Positions 1-14,100 of a DNA stretch of 64,000 nucleotides are shown here, in pieces. The notes below the pieces were generated by a model. The model was given only the letters and a program-made list of their open reading frames with translations. It was not told the DNA's origin and searched no databases. This DNA is from Raillietiella orientalis (Eukaryota). Positions within the stretch are counted from its first letter, which is position 1; every line of letters begins with the position of its first letter. The DNA is taken from the NCBI GenBank assembly GCA_036172245.1, contig JAYWIR010000001.1:7688001-7752000 (forward strand), read 5' to 3'. The position numbers were made by a program, and so were the translations under genes.

Positions 1-767
1 AGGTGTAACGTCAGAAATGCCCCTCCCGGATGTCTCCATCGTTCAAGCATTATAGAAACGCTTTCTACGATTGGGTGCTATGATTTAGACTTTGACAACG
101 TCATACAGTAAGAGGCTTTACTCCGTTGATGAAGTTTCAAACCATCCTCACATTTGTGAAATTCGAAAGATAAGATTGTAAAGAAAGCATTTACGGTGCG
201 AACGGAGAGGTAGGTGTACCAAAGAATTCTGTGTTCAGGATTGCGAAGTAAATCTCCTCCAAGGTAAGAATTATGGTTTATAGAAGAAACTGTGACCTCA
301 TCTGGATTGAGATAAATCTTTTTTCTTCATTAAATGAAGCACATTTGCTCACAGTGTTTAGGACGTTTGAGCAGTGGGTAAGGAGGCTAGGAAATTATCT
401 GAGATTACATACGGCTATCCCTAATGTACTAACATATGTTTGTATTGTGACGAATGCAATAAAAATTCCGAAGATATGAATGCTGTACCGAGCTTCCAGG
501 ATCCTGATAAGGTTCATTAAACAAAACTGATTACTCTGCTAAATGGATTCTTTCATATTTTACGAATTTGGTTAAAGTGGAATGATATCTCAGACTCTAT
601 CGATGGAGGACCTCCGTTCCTGTGGTCCCTTTTTTATACGGCAGAGATCATTTCCACAAAATTACGGGTTTAGCAGAACAAGTCGTAATCGAATGTAATG
701 GTGAAACATCTTCAGATGAAGGTTGCCAATCGAACCAGTTTCCGGCAGAACGTTGGTTTTTCGTAAA

Positions 768-791
768 ATATATATATATATATATATATAT
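768..791. repeat. (TA)n microsatellite
   Basis: Perfect alternating AT run upstream of GPR89. Confidence 0.95.
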
Positions 792-1114
792 TTAAATGAA
801 GAATGCTCGCGAATCAAACGGGAGAACTCGGCAACCGTCAGTGGTGGTTCCGTCGCACGAAGGCCGAAATGATTTTTGTGAAACACCCTCGTGTTACAGA
901 GTTCTCCTCGCTCCGTGATCTGAACGTCCCAAGGAAACGCATGCTTGCGATTTTTTTCCGAAAGACATTGACGTTTAATGGTAAATGATGATGAAACTGC
1001 AGTGAGTTTCGTTCAAGGTTTCCCACGTACCGTGCTGCCAACCAAACTGGTACACTTGAACATTTGCTCAGCTCCGGTGTGCTTGTTCACGTATCTTCGA
1101 GCGTGCCTTGAAAA

Positions 1115-2935
1115 ATGGGGTTCATCGAAGATTCCTTTGTGATGTTTTTGTCGCAGGTCAGAAATGAGAATCCAATGTTCCAATCGTGCATTTTGTGTCT
1201 GTCTTAAAGATTCTTTTCTTTGTCGGCGGTTGGGTTTTTTTTTTGAAACAGCTGTTTCGAGATCATGAAGTTCATCATCCCATTGTCGTACTGCTATTTT
1301 CTGTTACTTTTTCATTATCGTGCACCATGTTTGAGCTAATTATTTTTGAAATCCTTGATGTTCTGGATTCCAGGTAACAAGCGTGACAAGCGTTACTTGC
1401 AAATGGTTTCACACATTTTAGTTCCCGCTTTTTTCATTGGAAGCTTGGCCTATACCTGATGCTGTTTATGCTGATTGTGTTGATACCGTTTTATGTCAGT
1501 TACTTTATCATCAGCAATGTAAAATTAGGTAGGCACAAATTAGTGTGTGGATATTATATCATGAGACAATACAGGAAGCCAGAGTCTCAGATTTCATTTG
1601 ACCTTTATTAGCTGGATGATATTTATATATTTTTTTTGGAAAATTGGAGATCCATTTCCTATAAAATCCCCAAAACATGGCATATTTTCCATAGAACAGA
1701 TCATCAGTAGGATTGGGGTGATAGGAGTGACAGTTATGGCATGCTTATCTGGTTTTGGTGCTGTTAACTATCCTTATACCTCAATGACCATGTTTATGAG
1801 GTAATGCTATTAAAAATTAATTGACATAATGCAAGTTGTTAGGCCTGTTACCAATCAGGATATTCAGACACTGGAAAAAAAAATACTTCAGACATTAAAT
1901 ATGTTGAGCTTGAAAAAAAAGCGAATTGCTTTGGCTGAACGTGATGCTCTCATAAAAAAGGAAATGCAGTCATCCAGGCAGTCTTCTGGATTATGGGGAT
2001 CCCTTAGGAGTGTGATTGATCCTATCATTGGAGGAGGTAAATGAGTAGAATTTTCCATTACATTCGTAACATAATGCTCATAATTCATTATTCTCATTTG
2101 TTTTTTTTTGTTTTTTTTACAGATAGTGCCAACATTAATCAGCTGAAGGCAGATGTTTCCATACTTGAGGAACTAAGCAGGCAACTTTTCCTAGATTTGA
2201 CATATATGCAAAGCATGCAAGAACGTCTGTGCTGGGCCAGAACTCTTCGAGGAAAATATTTCAACGTGATGGGCTACTTTTTCAGTTTTTACTGTATGTG
2301 GAAAATATTCATGGTATACCATATTCTGTTCGCTTTGTGTGATGAATCTCGTTACAGTCTGCAATTAACATTATCTTTGATCGAGTGGGGAAAGTGGATC
2401 CAGTGACCAGAAGCATAGGCATTGCAGTCAATTACATGGGGTTTGAAATGGATATCAGTTTTTGGTCTCAACACATCTCCTTCTTCATGGTAGGCTGTCT
2501 AATAGTGACTTCAATACGTGGCTTGCTGATCACCTTGACCAAGGTAATATCTCATCTTGCTAGTTGTAACATCTGACTAACTCATTGACAGTTTTTTTAT
2601 GCCATTGCCAGCAACAAGTCCTCTGACATAATAGTGTTGGCTCTGGCTCAAATTATGGTTAGTACAGTAACAACAGTAATTATTTATCAATCAACCAGGG
2701 CATGTATTTTGTTTCATCGGTTCTGTTAATGCGCATGAATGTGCCAGCAGAGTACAGATGTATTATTACTGAAGTGCTTGGAGACCTGCAGTTCAGTTTC
2801 TATCATCGGTGGTTTGATGTGATTTTCTTAGTCAGTGCATTATCCTCCATTGGATTTTTGTACTTGGCTCATAAACAGTATCGTGAACTAAAGCCTTGGT
2901 ATGTATACCTCTTTGCCTTCAAGCTATTATGCTAG
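1115..2935 (+). CDS. GPR89: Golgi pH regulator (GPR89/GPHR), multi-exon
   Basis: Exon 1 at 1115-1156 (MGFIEDSFVMFLSQ), GT-AG intron 1157-1209, then ILFFVGGWVFFLKQLF...FSLSCTMFELIIFEIL, FWKIGDPFPIKSPKHGIFSIEQIISRIGVIGVT, FWSQHISF, MYFVSSVLLMRMNVP and FYHRWFDVIFLVSALSS, all colinear with GPR89. The 3' end is 2935 if unspliced, or 2951 if 2899-2935 is a last short intron. Confidence 0.96.
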
Positions 2936-3888
2936 GAATTGGATTTCGTAGAAAATCCAGTTGAACCTGAAGTAGCATAATGTGTTTACGCAAATGTGTA
3001 TTCTGGTGTTGAAGATGCAGAATAACGTCCATTTGATTGTTCATCATGTCATGTTGTGAAACTGGTCTAAAGGATTGTATAGTATCTATCTTATTTTTTT
3101 CTACCTGACTCCAATCTCTTGCTCAAACTCATTTCTTCCCTCACCATCAAACAAATCTGGCAGAAGATGAGCTTTGCGTACCTGGTGTATGAGCCCTAAC
3201 CCACATGATTGTGAGATGAAATTTCATTACTTAGATAATGAATGGAAACTGGGACTGTTGCTATGGCTTCCATACAGATGATTACACACATGAATACAGC
3301 AATGTTGCAATACTTGTCTTCACAATGATTCTGCATTGCAGTCTTAAAAATCAACAGCAGCACAGATCCTGGTAAAAATTGAAACACAGAAATGCATGCA
3401 TTATTATACCTGCCGAGAATATATCAAAAAATATTCTGTTATATTTTTGGGTTCTCCTATAAAAGCTTAAATAACCTTGCAACTTCAACATTTCATGAGC
3501 ATTCCTGAGGCCACAACCTAACATCTAACAAAACTGACAGTGAAGTAAGATTTAATGTTCCTTACCAGTAAAATTAACCATAGTGCAGAGTGCACATAGA
3601 CAATAATTGTTTCCAAAGGAATGCCAGATATAGATCTGTAATCCAAACTTGTCCATATTATTACAATCAATCCCATGCAAATCTGTAACAACATATTTTA
3701 ATTTCCAAAAGCATCACAGGACATCACAACTTCAAAGTTCAACATGCTATGCTTACGATAATTAGCTCTTGCACCCATAAAATTGCACAAATTATGGAGG
3801 TCGGTAGAATACTACTTGGAGTCCTGTTGGATATGACTGTTCCATGCACTAAGAATTCATTACTTATAGATCTACCTGCTGACTCCAT
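2919..3888 (-). CDS. TMEM192: TMEM192-family membrane protein, multi-exon
   Basis: Manual splicing on the minus strand gives MESAGRSISNEF...ILPTSIICAILWVQELII / ...ETIIVYVHSALWLILL / LRNAHEMLKLQGYLSFYRRTQKYNR...SAGSVLLL / ...IHQVRKAHLLPDLF...EIGVR / MMNNQMDVILHLQHQNTHLRKHIMLL...SIIA*. This parallels TMEM192 motifs as I recall them (LPTVII..LW, GYNLIYRST, SGNTVLLL, PDI, C-terminal coiled coil). Introns are short GT-AG. Confidence 0.85.
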
Positions 3889-6800
3889 TTATGCCAGCAC
3901 TGTTTTCCTAAAGAAAATAATACAAGCTAAATAAAACAGAACTCGACACCAACAAACGAGAAATTTTCATAGCCATACAAGTAAACACCAAATGCAGGAA
4001 ATGGGGAGATGTAACTGGGCATTTGCAACTCATCTTGGGATTTTGACAGAGGGAAGCACAGCATACACAAAACGAACAAAGACATTTCTAACAAATGTAG
4101 AATGCGGCGATCAATGCCATGCGATTTGGAAACCAGCCAACTTCCTGTCTCAATATCATTTAATTGGAGCAAGTTTTCAAGGTATGAACTGAACGCATGG
4201 GGCCATTATTACGTATGTTGATAATCACAGTAGTTATATGGCACTTAGATACTTAACAATAATTATTCTATAGTTAGGTAGTTTAGGTATTTCGAACAGT
4301 TCCTGTTCAAAATGAAACTGCACTCGAGCTAACACGTACAATTTTGCTTGGGAAGTTTTCCAGCCGGCGAAAGAATCTGCAAGGGATTCAGCCGCCCTCT
4401 GCAATCATGCAGAGGCAAAAAGGTATGCAGAAACGTTGGCAGCTTGCTCAGAAGAATGCACGATCTGACCAAAATGCTACCGCCGAATGATTCTGCACGC
4501 GAGCAAATTTCTAAAATCCCAGATGAAACTCAAAACTGTCCTTACGTACAGGAGCTGTGGGATTCCATTGGCTGACTGATGACTGGAGGCTTTCGATTTC
4601 TAGTTGGGTGCTTTGCTGGGGGGCAAATGTGAAGCTCATCCAAAAACCCATGGTTTCGGGTTTCCGCACAAGTTCGGTCAGCTTTACAGGGAAAGGGGAG
4701 AAATTCAGCGACGACTCGCGTTGTCAAAAGTACGTGCGAACATATTCAAAAAAAAAAAAATTTCACTTCAGAATGCACACTTTCGCTTAAAAATTGCAGC
4801 GACGATTTGCGACATTCACACACAATTCAACGTGCATGTTTACAAAAACAACCATGTGTGTGTGAAGTGCATGTATTCTTCACAAATGCATCAGCATAAC
4901 GCAAGAGCAATGTTAGTAAAATAACATTTCCCGAAGAAAACCTCTAACCAGTGGAGCAGATTCGATGAACCCCAATTGCATCATTATCCAACTTTTCCCT
5001 TTCCAAATAGAATCGAACACTTGGAAGAATTGAGTACCCCTACCGCAACATCTAAGTTTGTTTTTTTTTTTACTTTAAAGAATAATCAAATTATTATTTT
5101 TCAAAGCATGTTACGAAAAATAAGCCATTAGCCGTGAACCGTCGAGCAAGTACACCTGGAACAATCCTTCGAGCAAACCTGGCATACCAGATTTAAGCAA
5201 ACATTTGTATGAGGAGTGCAATACAAATGGGGGATCAAATTCGATACAAAATAGGGAAAATACGGCCGTCCCATGTTTTTTTTCCTTACGGAAATCCTTA
5301 TATTTCATAACGGCAATACCAAATCCATAAAGACATGCGCGTCAGCGAACATTTTACTTCAGAAACTTTGAATCTTTTCAGAGCTCCTCCTTTTAGAACA
5401 GTGCTAAATGATGTTGCCTCCGAGAATAGAAAATTGTATCCGGTCTTGAATCCTCGGTATTAATCACTCGTTCCCCAGCACAGACCCCCTTTACTACATG
5501 GTGAGAAGGACGCGATAACAAGCTAGTGAGAATTATTCCATAATGTCATCGTGCCACCTCGATTCTTATTTGCAGTCTTTTGAAAGTTCTTTTTAATCCT
5601 TCCACGATTTTTCGCACTTTCCGCCTCCTGATGAACCCTCATGCCTTCCTCATCTGTGTCAATGACGATAACGTCGTCATCATGTTCTTCAGCATCTGCT
5701 TGGGCCTGGCTGGAAATCGGGCAAATTGAGTGGACAGTTCTCAATTTTTGTTGAAACTATTGAAACAGTGACTAGCCACAGGAGAAATTATAAACTTGGG
5801 TTCGTCATTCATTAAGTATCAGTAATAATGTATGTAGATCCTTTTTGCTATGATACAGCATGCAGATTTTATTTATTCAAAACAATTATGCGTTTTAAAA
5901 ATGGAATGAATGGGTATCAATCACATCATATCCCTGTCTTTTACCACTGGCTATCTTGGGAATGAAGATGAACAGATTGAAACTGTTGAGGACCTTCGTA
6001 CTGGGCTCCATGGAGATCGCCTTCTCTTCCAAGAGGATCCTGCAGTTGTTAAGTCCGGAGCATCTCGTTCCAACTTTGGCAATAGAATGCAGACGTTGTT
6101 GGGAGGAGGTTCTGGAAGATGAATACCAGTAGATCTCGTGATAATAGCGGTTGTTTGAGGCGACCATTAGGTAATCCTAATGATGAGATTCCCCACATAC
6201 AGCTATGGCACAGCATTCAATACGAAGTGAGTTCACAACAGTGGTAGGGAATAATTTGAGGACACCTCAGCATTTGATTTCAACTCTCTATCAGCAACTT
6301 TGAAAAACATTAAGGAAGAAACAACTTTAAACGAACCAGTTGTGTTACCGATGAATTCATTTTATGACGTGTACTTTCTCATATTGATACCCTGGAATCC
6401 ATGGAAGTTGAATTATCCGAAGATTCTGACTTTGCTGACTAGTCTTGTGATCGTCTCATGCAACTGATTCTTAGTTTCAAACATTTTTGCGATATATATT
6501 GCGATTCACAATGATTAGCAGTCGACTCTCTGAGCTCCGTAGATGTCGTGTACACCTCTATAAGGAATTGTTATCGTTCTTCTAGGAAATCAGAAATGGT
6601 TTTCTCTAGGCAAATGTGAACTTACGTCGAAAAGTCATGCCTCCGAGGTGGTTGCTTAAATTCGTAATCATTTAGTCGATAAAATATTCTGCTTTTCCAT
6701 ATAATCTTAATAGCAGATTATATATTGAACTCAAAGCCCTGGAAAAACATTCTTTTTGGTCAATGGAGAAGCTTGAAGCAAAGGTCACATTCGCTATAAA

Positions 6801-7354
6801 TAAAATCGACAAACTTTTTCGACTTTTTCAACTTTTTTCAACAATTTTGAAAGCAATTTTGGAAAGAACAGACATAATATGCGATATATCAGTCTTTCCT
6901 TAGAAGCCACACTTCTCAATTAAGGGGATTTATTTGCTTCTATCATGTACTTGAAAAGTATCTTCCGGTTAATTCCTAATAGCACTGCAAACTTCAATAA
7001 TTGTATTAATGGAAGCTTCTAAAACAGAAATAGATGCCGATACTTTGTGTTTGAGTTTCACTCATGCTCCTGATGTGCCTTATTTCATTGTAAGAACTAT
7101 ATTCATTCAGCCATGATTTAGAGTGAAATTATTAGTTAGTGTGTATTGCCATCAAATATATTAGAGTAGGAATCCAAAAGTTCCTTTATTACCTCATAAG
7201 CATTTCTATAAAGTAGTCACATAGTATTGATGTCAAAACCCCGAATCTCTTATGAAACTCAAACTCTTAACGAAAAAAACAGCATCACTCACACTTAAAA
7301 TTGCAGGATGAAATGCTAATTATTTCCACCCTTCTCTTGTCTTAACTAGTCTTA

Positions 7355-7415
7355 AATAATTTTCTCTTCTCTTGTCTTGAATAATTTTCTCTTCTCTTGT
7401 CTTGAATAATTTTCT
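7355..7415. repeat. 25-bp tandem repeat (AATAATTTTCTCTTCTCTTGTCTTG) x~2.4
   Basis: Direct copies at 7355-7379 and 7380-7404, partial copy at 7405-7415. Confidence 0.9.
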
Positions 7416-7544
7416 AGTTTGCTATTTTGTAATAATTTTTATATGACATCCAGTATTGGATACTGCATACTGTTTTTTATCACACTCTTGTCTATATGTA
7501 AAGCAATCTATGCAAATGTAGCACAATGAATGTACCTATACTGT

Positions 7545-8161
7545 GGTCCGCTCAGTACTCAATGTAGGGGTGGAAGTACCGCCTCATCTCCTGGAACCCG
7601 TCCAGCAGCATCCATAGATCCAGGCAGCGACTGCGCTACCTGGAGGGCTGCAGGACGGGGAGGACGTATTCGATCCAGAATTTCGCGTTGGCCTCGAACA
7701 CACCGAACTATGTTGCTGAAGAGCGACCTTTGGTCAATGGACAGGAACAGCTCATCCTTCTGCAGGTCGACCAGGCAGGACAGGAACAGATCTATTGTCA
7801 GGAGGACGTCGCGCAAGTACGTGTTCTCGGTCTTCATGAGCTCCCAGACAGAGATCTGGCACTGCGACGCCTGCTTGCCGGAGTCCCGGGACTCTGCTCC
7901 TCCCACGCAGTGACTCCACGCTTCCTCCAGGCAGACCACTTCTGCACATTCCCGGAGTTTCGCGGAGGTCATCACACTCTCGGGCAGCCCATATTCAGGT
8001 GGTCGATGAGGAACCCTGGCGGTCGGCAAAAACATCCGGTTCCACTTGGAGCCCTGCTTCTGTGAGCTCTTCGGCAAGGGCCTGCTGCACGGGACGGCAG
8101 GTTGTCATGGAGAGCTCGAAGGACACCATTCGGGAAGCCGGGTCGCCTTGTCGAGAGGACC
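7545..8161 (-). pseudogene. Frameshifted fragment of a PLEKHG5/6/7-like RhoGEF (start of DH domain)
   Basis: QCQISVWELMKTENTYLRDVLLTIDLFLSCLVDLQKDELFLSIDQRSLFSNI resembles the PLEKHG5 DH start (EAIWELLHTEASYIRKL...LFLCCLLNLQ...LFSNI), preceded by YGLPE and LEEAWS. The frame breaks on both sides. It is a GC-rich island in AT-rich flanks, and no other exons were found. Confidence 0.75.
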
Positions 8162-11100
8162 CTGGCAGAAACGAACTGATTTAGCTTAATTTCAATTACA
8201 TTGCTTTGGTTTTTGCAACCTTTTTAGTTTTGCAAGATAATGGTCCAGCAGTGCTTGTCTTTTACTGAGAAATTAGTTACCATATTTTCATGATATCACA
8301 TTTGAAGGCAGGATGCTCCGGCATAGTGGAAGAGTGAACTCAGCTGGTTTGTTCATCGTTATTTATGTGAAACAGGAATCGGTCGTCTTCAGATTTTATT
8401 TGAAGCAAATGTGGCCTTTAATCAGACCGGAAGTGGTCAGAAAGATAGTGTTTTATAAGCAGGCATTTTTTTTATTCCTAAATAAATTGCAGTGATGGCA
8501 CTACAAAGAACAAATATTCTGCAGAAATTATTCATTCTAAAACGAAATTGATATTTATCAATTACTCTAGATAAGAAGTGGCATACCAAAGAGAAGCCTA
8601 AACGACTTCCCATTTGATGGCTGTTGTAACATCTTTCTGTGAAAACAGTATATCATTATGCAAAGCGTGTGGCTAATGCACAAATTCAGTTTGACCTATT
8701 GATGTCTGCTACTCGCCATTGCCATTACATTCTAGCCCTTAAAAGGAAAACGATAGTTTTCATATACAGACGTCAAGACGAACTGAGATTCTTCAGAAAT
8801 GTAATTGGTGAAGAAATCAAAGTTTCATGGAATGTTTGTGTCTTAATTTAGTCTGTAGTTGGATGACACAGAGCATGAAAATCAGTGGCCTGTGTGGGCG
8901 AAGGAGCAAACACAACTCACTTTTCCAGATTGCACAAGTGATGGAAAAGAATTTGGACTCTTTCGGAGATTTCAATATCAACAAATGCTGCAATGAAATT
9001 TTCGCGTTCCTCTTTGGCTAGTTTGCTCACATTAACATTTGAAATAGGCTGTTGTTGAGAAGTTTCGAGAAAAAGACCGCCCAAGCATCGAAAGTAGTTT
9101 GAAGCACCGAAAATTGCTGATAATAAGGGAAGCAATTATTCATAACCACTAATTCAGAAAATATTCTTAAAGCTGATGTGCTTACTGAAAATAAATCTCA
9201 AGTCCAGCATTCAACATCAGATTTCCCATGGATTAATGTGATTGTGCGTAAGCTCCATTTCTTAAACTTGCAAATCACGGCAAAAAATCCAAAAAGTCAC
9301 AGAGGCATCTTTCCATGCTGACTGTTCCTTATCAGAATATCTGTTACGTGCATATGCAATTTCAGAAGAACATGACTCAGTGATCAATCTGTTCTGATGA
9401 TGGAAATTCGCTCCATCGGTTTGTACGAGGGTTCCATTTTTTCTTGTTTCGGATCTGAAAAACCCATGTACCGCCAACAGCTTAGGTGGGATTGTCTGTC
9501 CTAACAAGGAATTCATTGGGAGTTACCCCGACTTTAGACTTTCGGCGATTATTAATACGTAGCATGGATATATTCAACAATAATTAAAAGAACGATCACT
9601 TATCTTCATAATAATTATAATTCACAGGAGAGGTTCGCAACCGTTTTTTCTGGATGCCAAGCTGTTTTTTGCAGTCTGAATGACTTAACTTTCGGCAACA
9701 CCTAATTTCTCAATATGGAAACTTGTAAGACGGAGAACGAATGTAAGTTTTCAAACGCGGAGAAGCAACGCATTTTTAGTAGCAAAGTTTAAAATGTTCA
9801 TTGGTTTTATTTTTTGTTTTAGTGTATTATTTGCAAAAATGTGTTTGAATGCATCAATCATAAGCTCCAAAATTCCCTGTAATTTGTTTAGACCGCTAAA
9901 TTGTAAATTCCATAGTTATTCAATCCTCATAAACTATTGCTTATTCCAAATTGCAATTAGAGTCTAAGGATTCAACGTGAATGGAAAACGCACTAGATGA
10001 AAAGTGCAACGGAACGAAGAGAAGCCAAAGATCAAGCAAGAAATTCTTGACAGAAGTGGAAAAACTTGAAGCATCTGAGAGAGTGCTCGGTGTAGTTCAG
10101 TGTTCCTAATTCTGAAGAAGCAAATTTTTGAATCCACAATCAAGTCCATGGGTTTTTTGTTTCTACGATGTTTTGAAAAAACACCTGAATGTTTTTAGCT
10201 TTCCTGTCCTTACAGCAGACTCTACCATAAGCAAAAATGAGATGATAAATCTGCATAGTTTGCAAGTATTGCATGAATATGTCCACAGAGATATCTATTG
10301 ATGTGAGAAATACCTAACAACCGGATTCATGGGAAGAGTAAAAAATTGATGCTCATGGAAATCATTAAAAACTTTCAGACTATTGAGAATTCAATGTTAC
10401 TATGAAAGAAATTATTACGATTCTATCATTTGGAATGAATTGACAACTAAACTCTGCTTGTATATTGATCATTCTTTTTTATACTGATGGTTTCCCAATG
10501 ATCTACTAATGAGCAGTCTGTATTCATTAGCATAGTAAAAACCTGTTTCATTAATTTATTTGGAAAAATGCTACGTTTTTCTAAGTTCTTTGAAATGGGA
10601 ATTTAAAAAGTTGATTTTTTCCAGATTGATTCATCTCTTATGATGGAAGCTTGGAGATCCGACTTTAATTTCCACTATTGCATCTTCACTAAGCGAATTT
10701 ATCACTATTACGTCTGAACCTAATCCTTCTCAAAAAACACTTTTATTACGTAGGAAGTCGACACGAAAGATAGTTCGATTCGATTTGTAATTCCAAAATG
10801 ATGTTATTATTTGCTCTTAGATAGCTTCTGAGAGACTGTCAAAGCAACCATTACTATGAGTCTAATTCTGTTTTTTTTTCAACCATCAAACAATAACAAA
10901 AGAAATGAGTGAAATTTCTCTTCTGAAATTCTTCTCGTTCATGTGGTGATCTTACGAATAGGTAATTTTCCTCCAAATGAAATGACTGCCTTCTTTTTGT
11001 GTGTTCTTCCTATAGATCTCTAATTCATTTCCAAATCATAAATCATAATGAAACATGTTGCAACTGAAGATTTCGAGCTGTGTGCCCTTTCTCTTGAGAT

Positions 11101-14100
11101 TCACGAATGGAAGAGGTAGTATCTCGCCAAGTTTTTGTTATGATTTATGAGTTTTTCATTTTATTCTTGAATAAAAATGAGACGGGTGCATTCGATGAAG
11201 AGAATACGGAATCTTTCATACATCATCAGATGTTCCTCTCGAAGTTCCTCTCAAACAATATTTAATTTAATAATTATAAGTTATAGTTAAATTCTGAATT
11301 CTGTATCGCATATTTTCTTGTATTAAATGCTAACTTGAACCACTGTTGACAGATTTCACATACACTGACTCAAATGTTAAGAGAATCGTTTAACAGTATC
11401 ATTAGTAGAAACGGTTATTGGACATTTCGAATTGATGAATTTCATATGATTATTACTGATTCATGCTGCAACCCATTCCATTAGTATGAATTTTTATTCC
11501 ACCAGAATTGTGCGAATGTTTGATATAGCTTAATTAGCAGACAACTGTCTCCAGAAATCGTATAGAAATTAGAACCAGCATTCATAATTTCAACAAAATT
11601 CACTTGAGCAAAAAGTGCGCAAAAAAAGCAACAGTAATCATTTACATATTCTTTTTCATAGTATCACATTAGAGGGGGAAATACTATGGTTAGAGGACAC
11701 TTTTAAAATTGGAAGCAATTAATGTCAGAATGGTTGCTTCGACCAAAGATCGGAAGCAATGATGCAATGTTAAAAATATCTTTTACGTGATGATTGCCAA
11801 TTATTCAATTGCAACTCAAAATAGTAAAGAGAAAAAAATATAGATATAAATATTTAAAAAAGACACGAGAACTTTCTATAGAGAGTAACCCTTGTTCAAG
11901 AAAATTGCAATTGATGTAAATGTGAGCACGAAAACAATCTCCTATTAAAGAAAGAAATGAAACTGTCAGCACATCAGCTAAAAGAACTGACATTTTTCAT
12001 TGATGTCAGAGTATAGATTTAAAGGAAAATCTACTTCTTAAAATGCCAATGGAATCAACACAAAGAATTTGGAGAGTAAGTTCATCGATTTCAACTTATT
12101 CACTGATACCTCCTTTAAACATCATACATTAATGATTAACAACTTTAATATTTTCAATGGGAGAATATTCGATATTTTCAAATATCCTCCAAATGATTTG
12201 GAAAAACAAGAAGAGAGTTTCCTTTACGAGGAATAACAATTTGCTGAATCATTTTAATTATTTTTAAACGTATCGATTTACAGTAAAACAAATTTCAATG
12301 GATTTCAATGACTAGATTCAGATTTGGAACATAGGAAAATTCATGAATCAGCATTTAACGATAGTAGTACAGAAATATGAGACAAAATAGGAGAGTTAGT
12401 GACACGAGAATTTGGAAAGCGAAGGCTATTTCTAATTAGGAAGGGAAGCCCTTCATGTGTTTTGCTCTCTTGTGGACCAAGTATGATCTACGTTATTCCT
12501 CTAGCGTGGATTTTCAGTAATAGCTTTCTGTTAAGAATGGACCTAACTTGTACTAAGTACAAACTAAGTGCAAAATAGTTTTTTTCTTACAAAACTTCTG
12601 GCATTCCATTCTGGTAACTCAATTCCTAACTGAAATTATAAGCTAGCACCTTTTAATGTAATGCAGTAAGGTAATAAAAGTGATCTGCTGCTTTGCTGTT
12701 TGAAGCAATATGAGCCAAGTGGAGTGTGTATTCACATGTAAATTAGGAATAAATGCTTTTTGACAGGGGGATGCTTGAGAAGATCAAGTGTTCCATACAT
12801 CCAGAGAATATATAAAGCTGCCCCACATGGCCTCATATTGTGAAAATGTCGCTGCACTTTTCCCTAAAATGCTACTATTGAAAGTTTCCCCAGGTCTACA
12901 GTAATCGATGTATTCAAAAATATTCCTTAGTGTTTAATTTATCAAGCAATGTGCTGGAGTAGAAGTAACAAAGGAACAAATGCAAGGAAGAAAAAAAGAA
13001 AAGGCTTGGGAAAAAAACTAATGTGGAATCCAGAGAGTTCAGTATTATGTATGAACAATATTTGATCCTGCATTATTCATTAAAAGAATTTGCCATACGC
13101 AGAGAACCTCAGCTTACTTCAGATATTACATTCGAATGAAAGAAGAAAAGCATCATTTTCATTGTTTCTGATTGTTCAATAGAAAAACAAAGACGTTCGG
13201 CTTTAAAATGAATACTTTTTTTTTTTTTTTTGAGTTCTTATTGATTACAGTGTTTCACATGCAGTGTAACAACATTCCTTCATTGAAATTTTACTTCAGT
13301 TCGCTTTCAACTCTCTTCATTGATTAGTGTTACATTTTTCATTTCAAAATCTTCAGGGGAAAGCTCAGTATGTTCATGACTCCTGAAAAATTAAAGATGA
13401 GACAACTTTTCATTATAAAATTTGACTACAATGGCGTTTTTATTAAAAAATTAGGTTCGAACTTTATGCTTGCAATGGAAGCGATTACGTGTTCAAACTT
13501 GTTGCTGTCTTAAATGTTACTCTTTCATACTTCAGGTTCATGAATTTCGACATAAATATCTCTTCGAGCTTTCCTAAATATCAAGCTTCGGAAGTTCCAT
13601 AATGGAAATGAAAACATATGACAATACAAACAAAAATTCATTAGTTATAAAGAATACGAATTACTTATAACTTTTTCAGAGGGACCTCATAAATTTCGAG
13701 ATTAAAATTTTAATATTGAAACAATAGCACAGATATTCAGAATCAAGTTCGTTGGAAGCATCTCATATTTCTTCTCCAGATTAACGCTGGGAGTGGACAA
13801 AAAGCTCATTAAGGAATGCATATGAAACATAGTTTAGAGTAAAATTTCTTCAATCTTTTGCCTTATTAGAAGTTTCATACAAGAAATTTTCGCAATACTA
13901 CAGATTTCTTAGAATAAACCTCAGGGAAAATTATTTTTGATTTTCAGGTTTTCTTTTTTATTTTAAAGCATTATTCTACTGAGTATAGACAAACCTTCTC
14001 CTTCTCCTTTGAAAAGAACTTTTTTCTACACAAGAGCATACTTGCCGTATTGTCCAAGAAACAGTCAACTGTATATATCGTGGAATTGCAAGTTATATGC

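Noticed and set aside
1-1041. Splice-like signals and ORFs 662-886, 803-988, 838-1041
   Set aside because: No recognisable product. One ORF runs through a (TA)n repeat, and no consistent gene model could be built.
4340-4800. Possible RT or other gene fragment (GEIQRRLALSK)
   Set aside because: Single weak motif with no colinear support.
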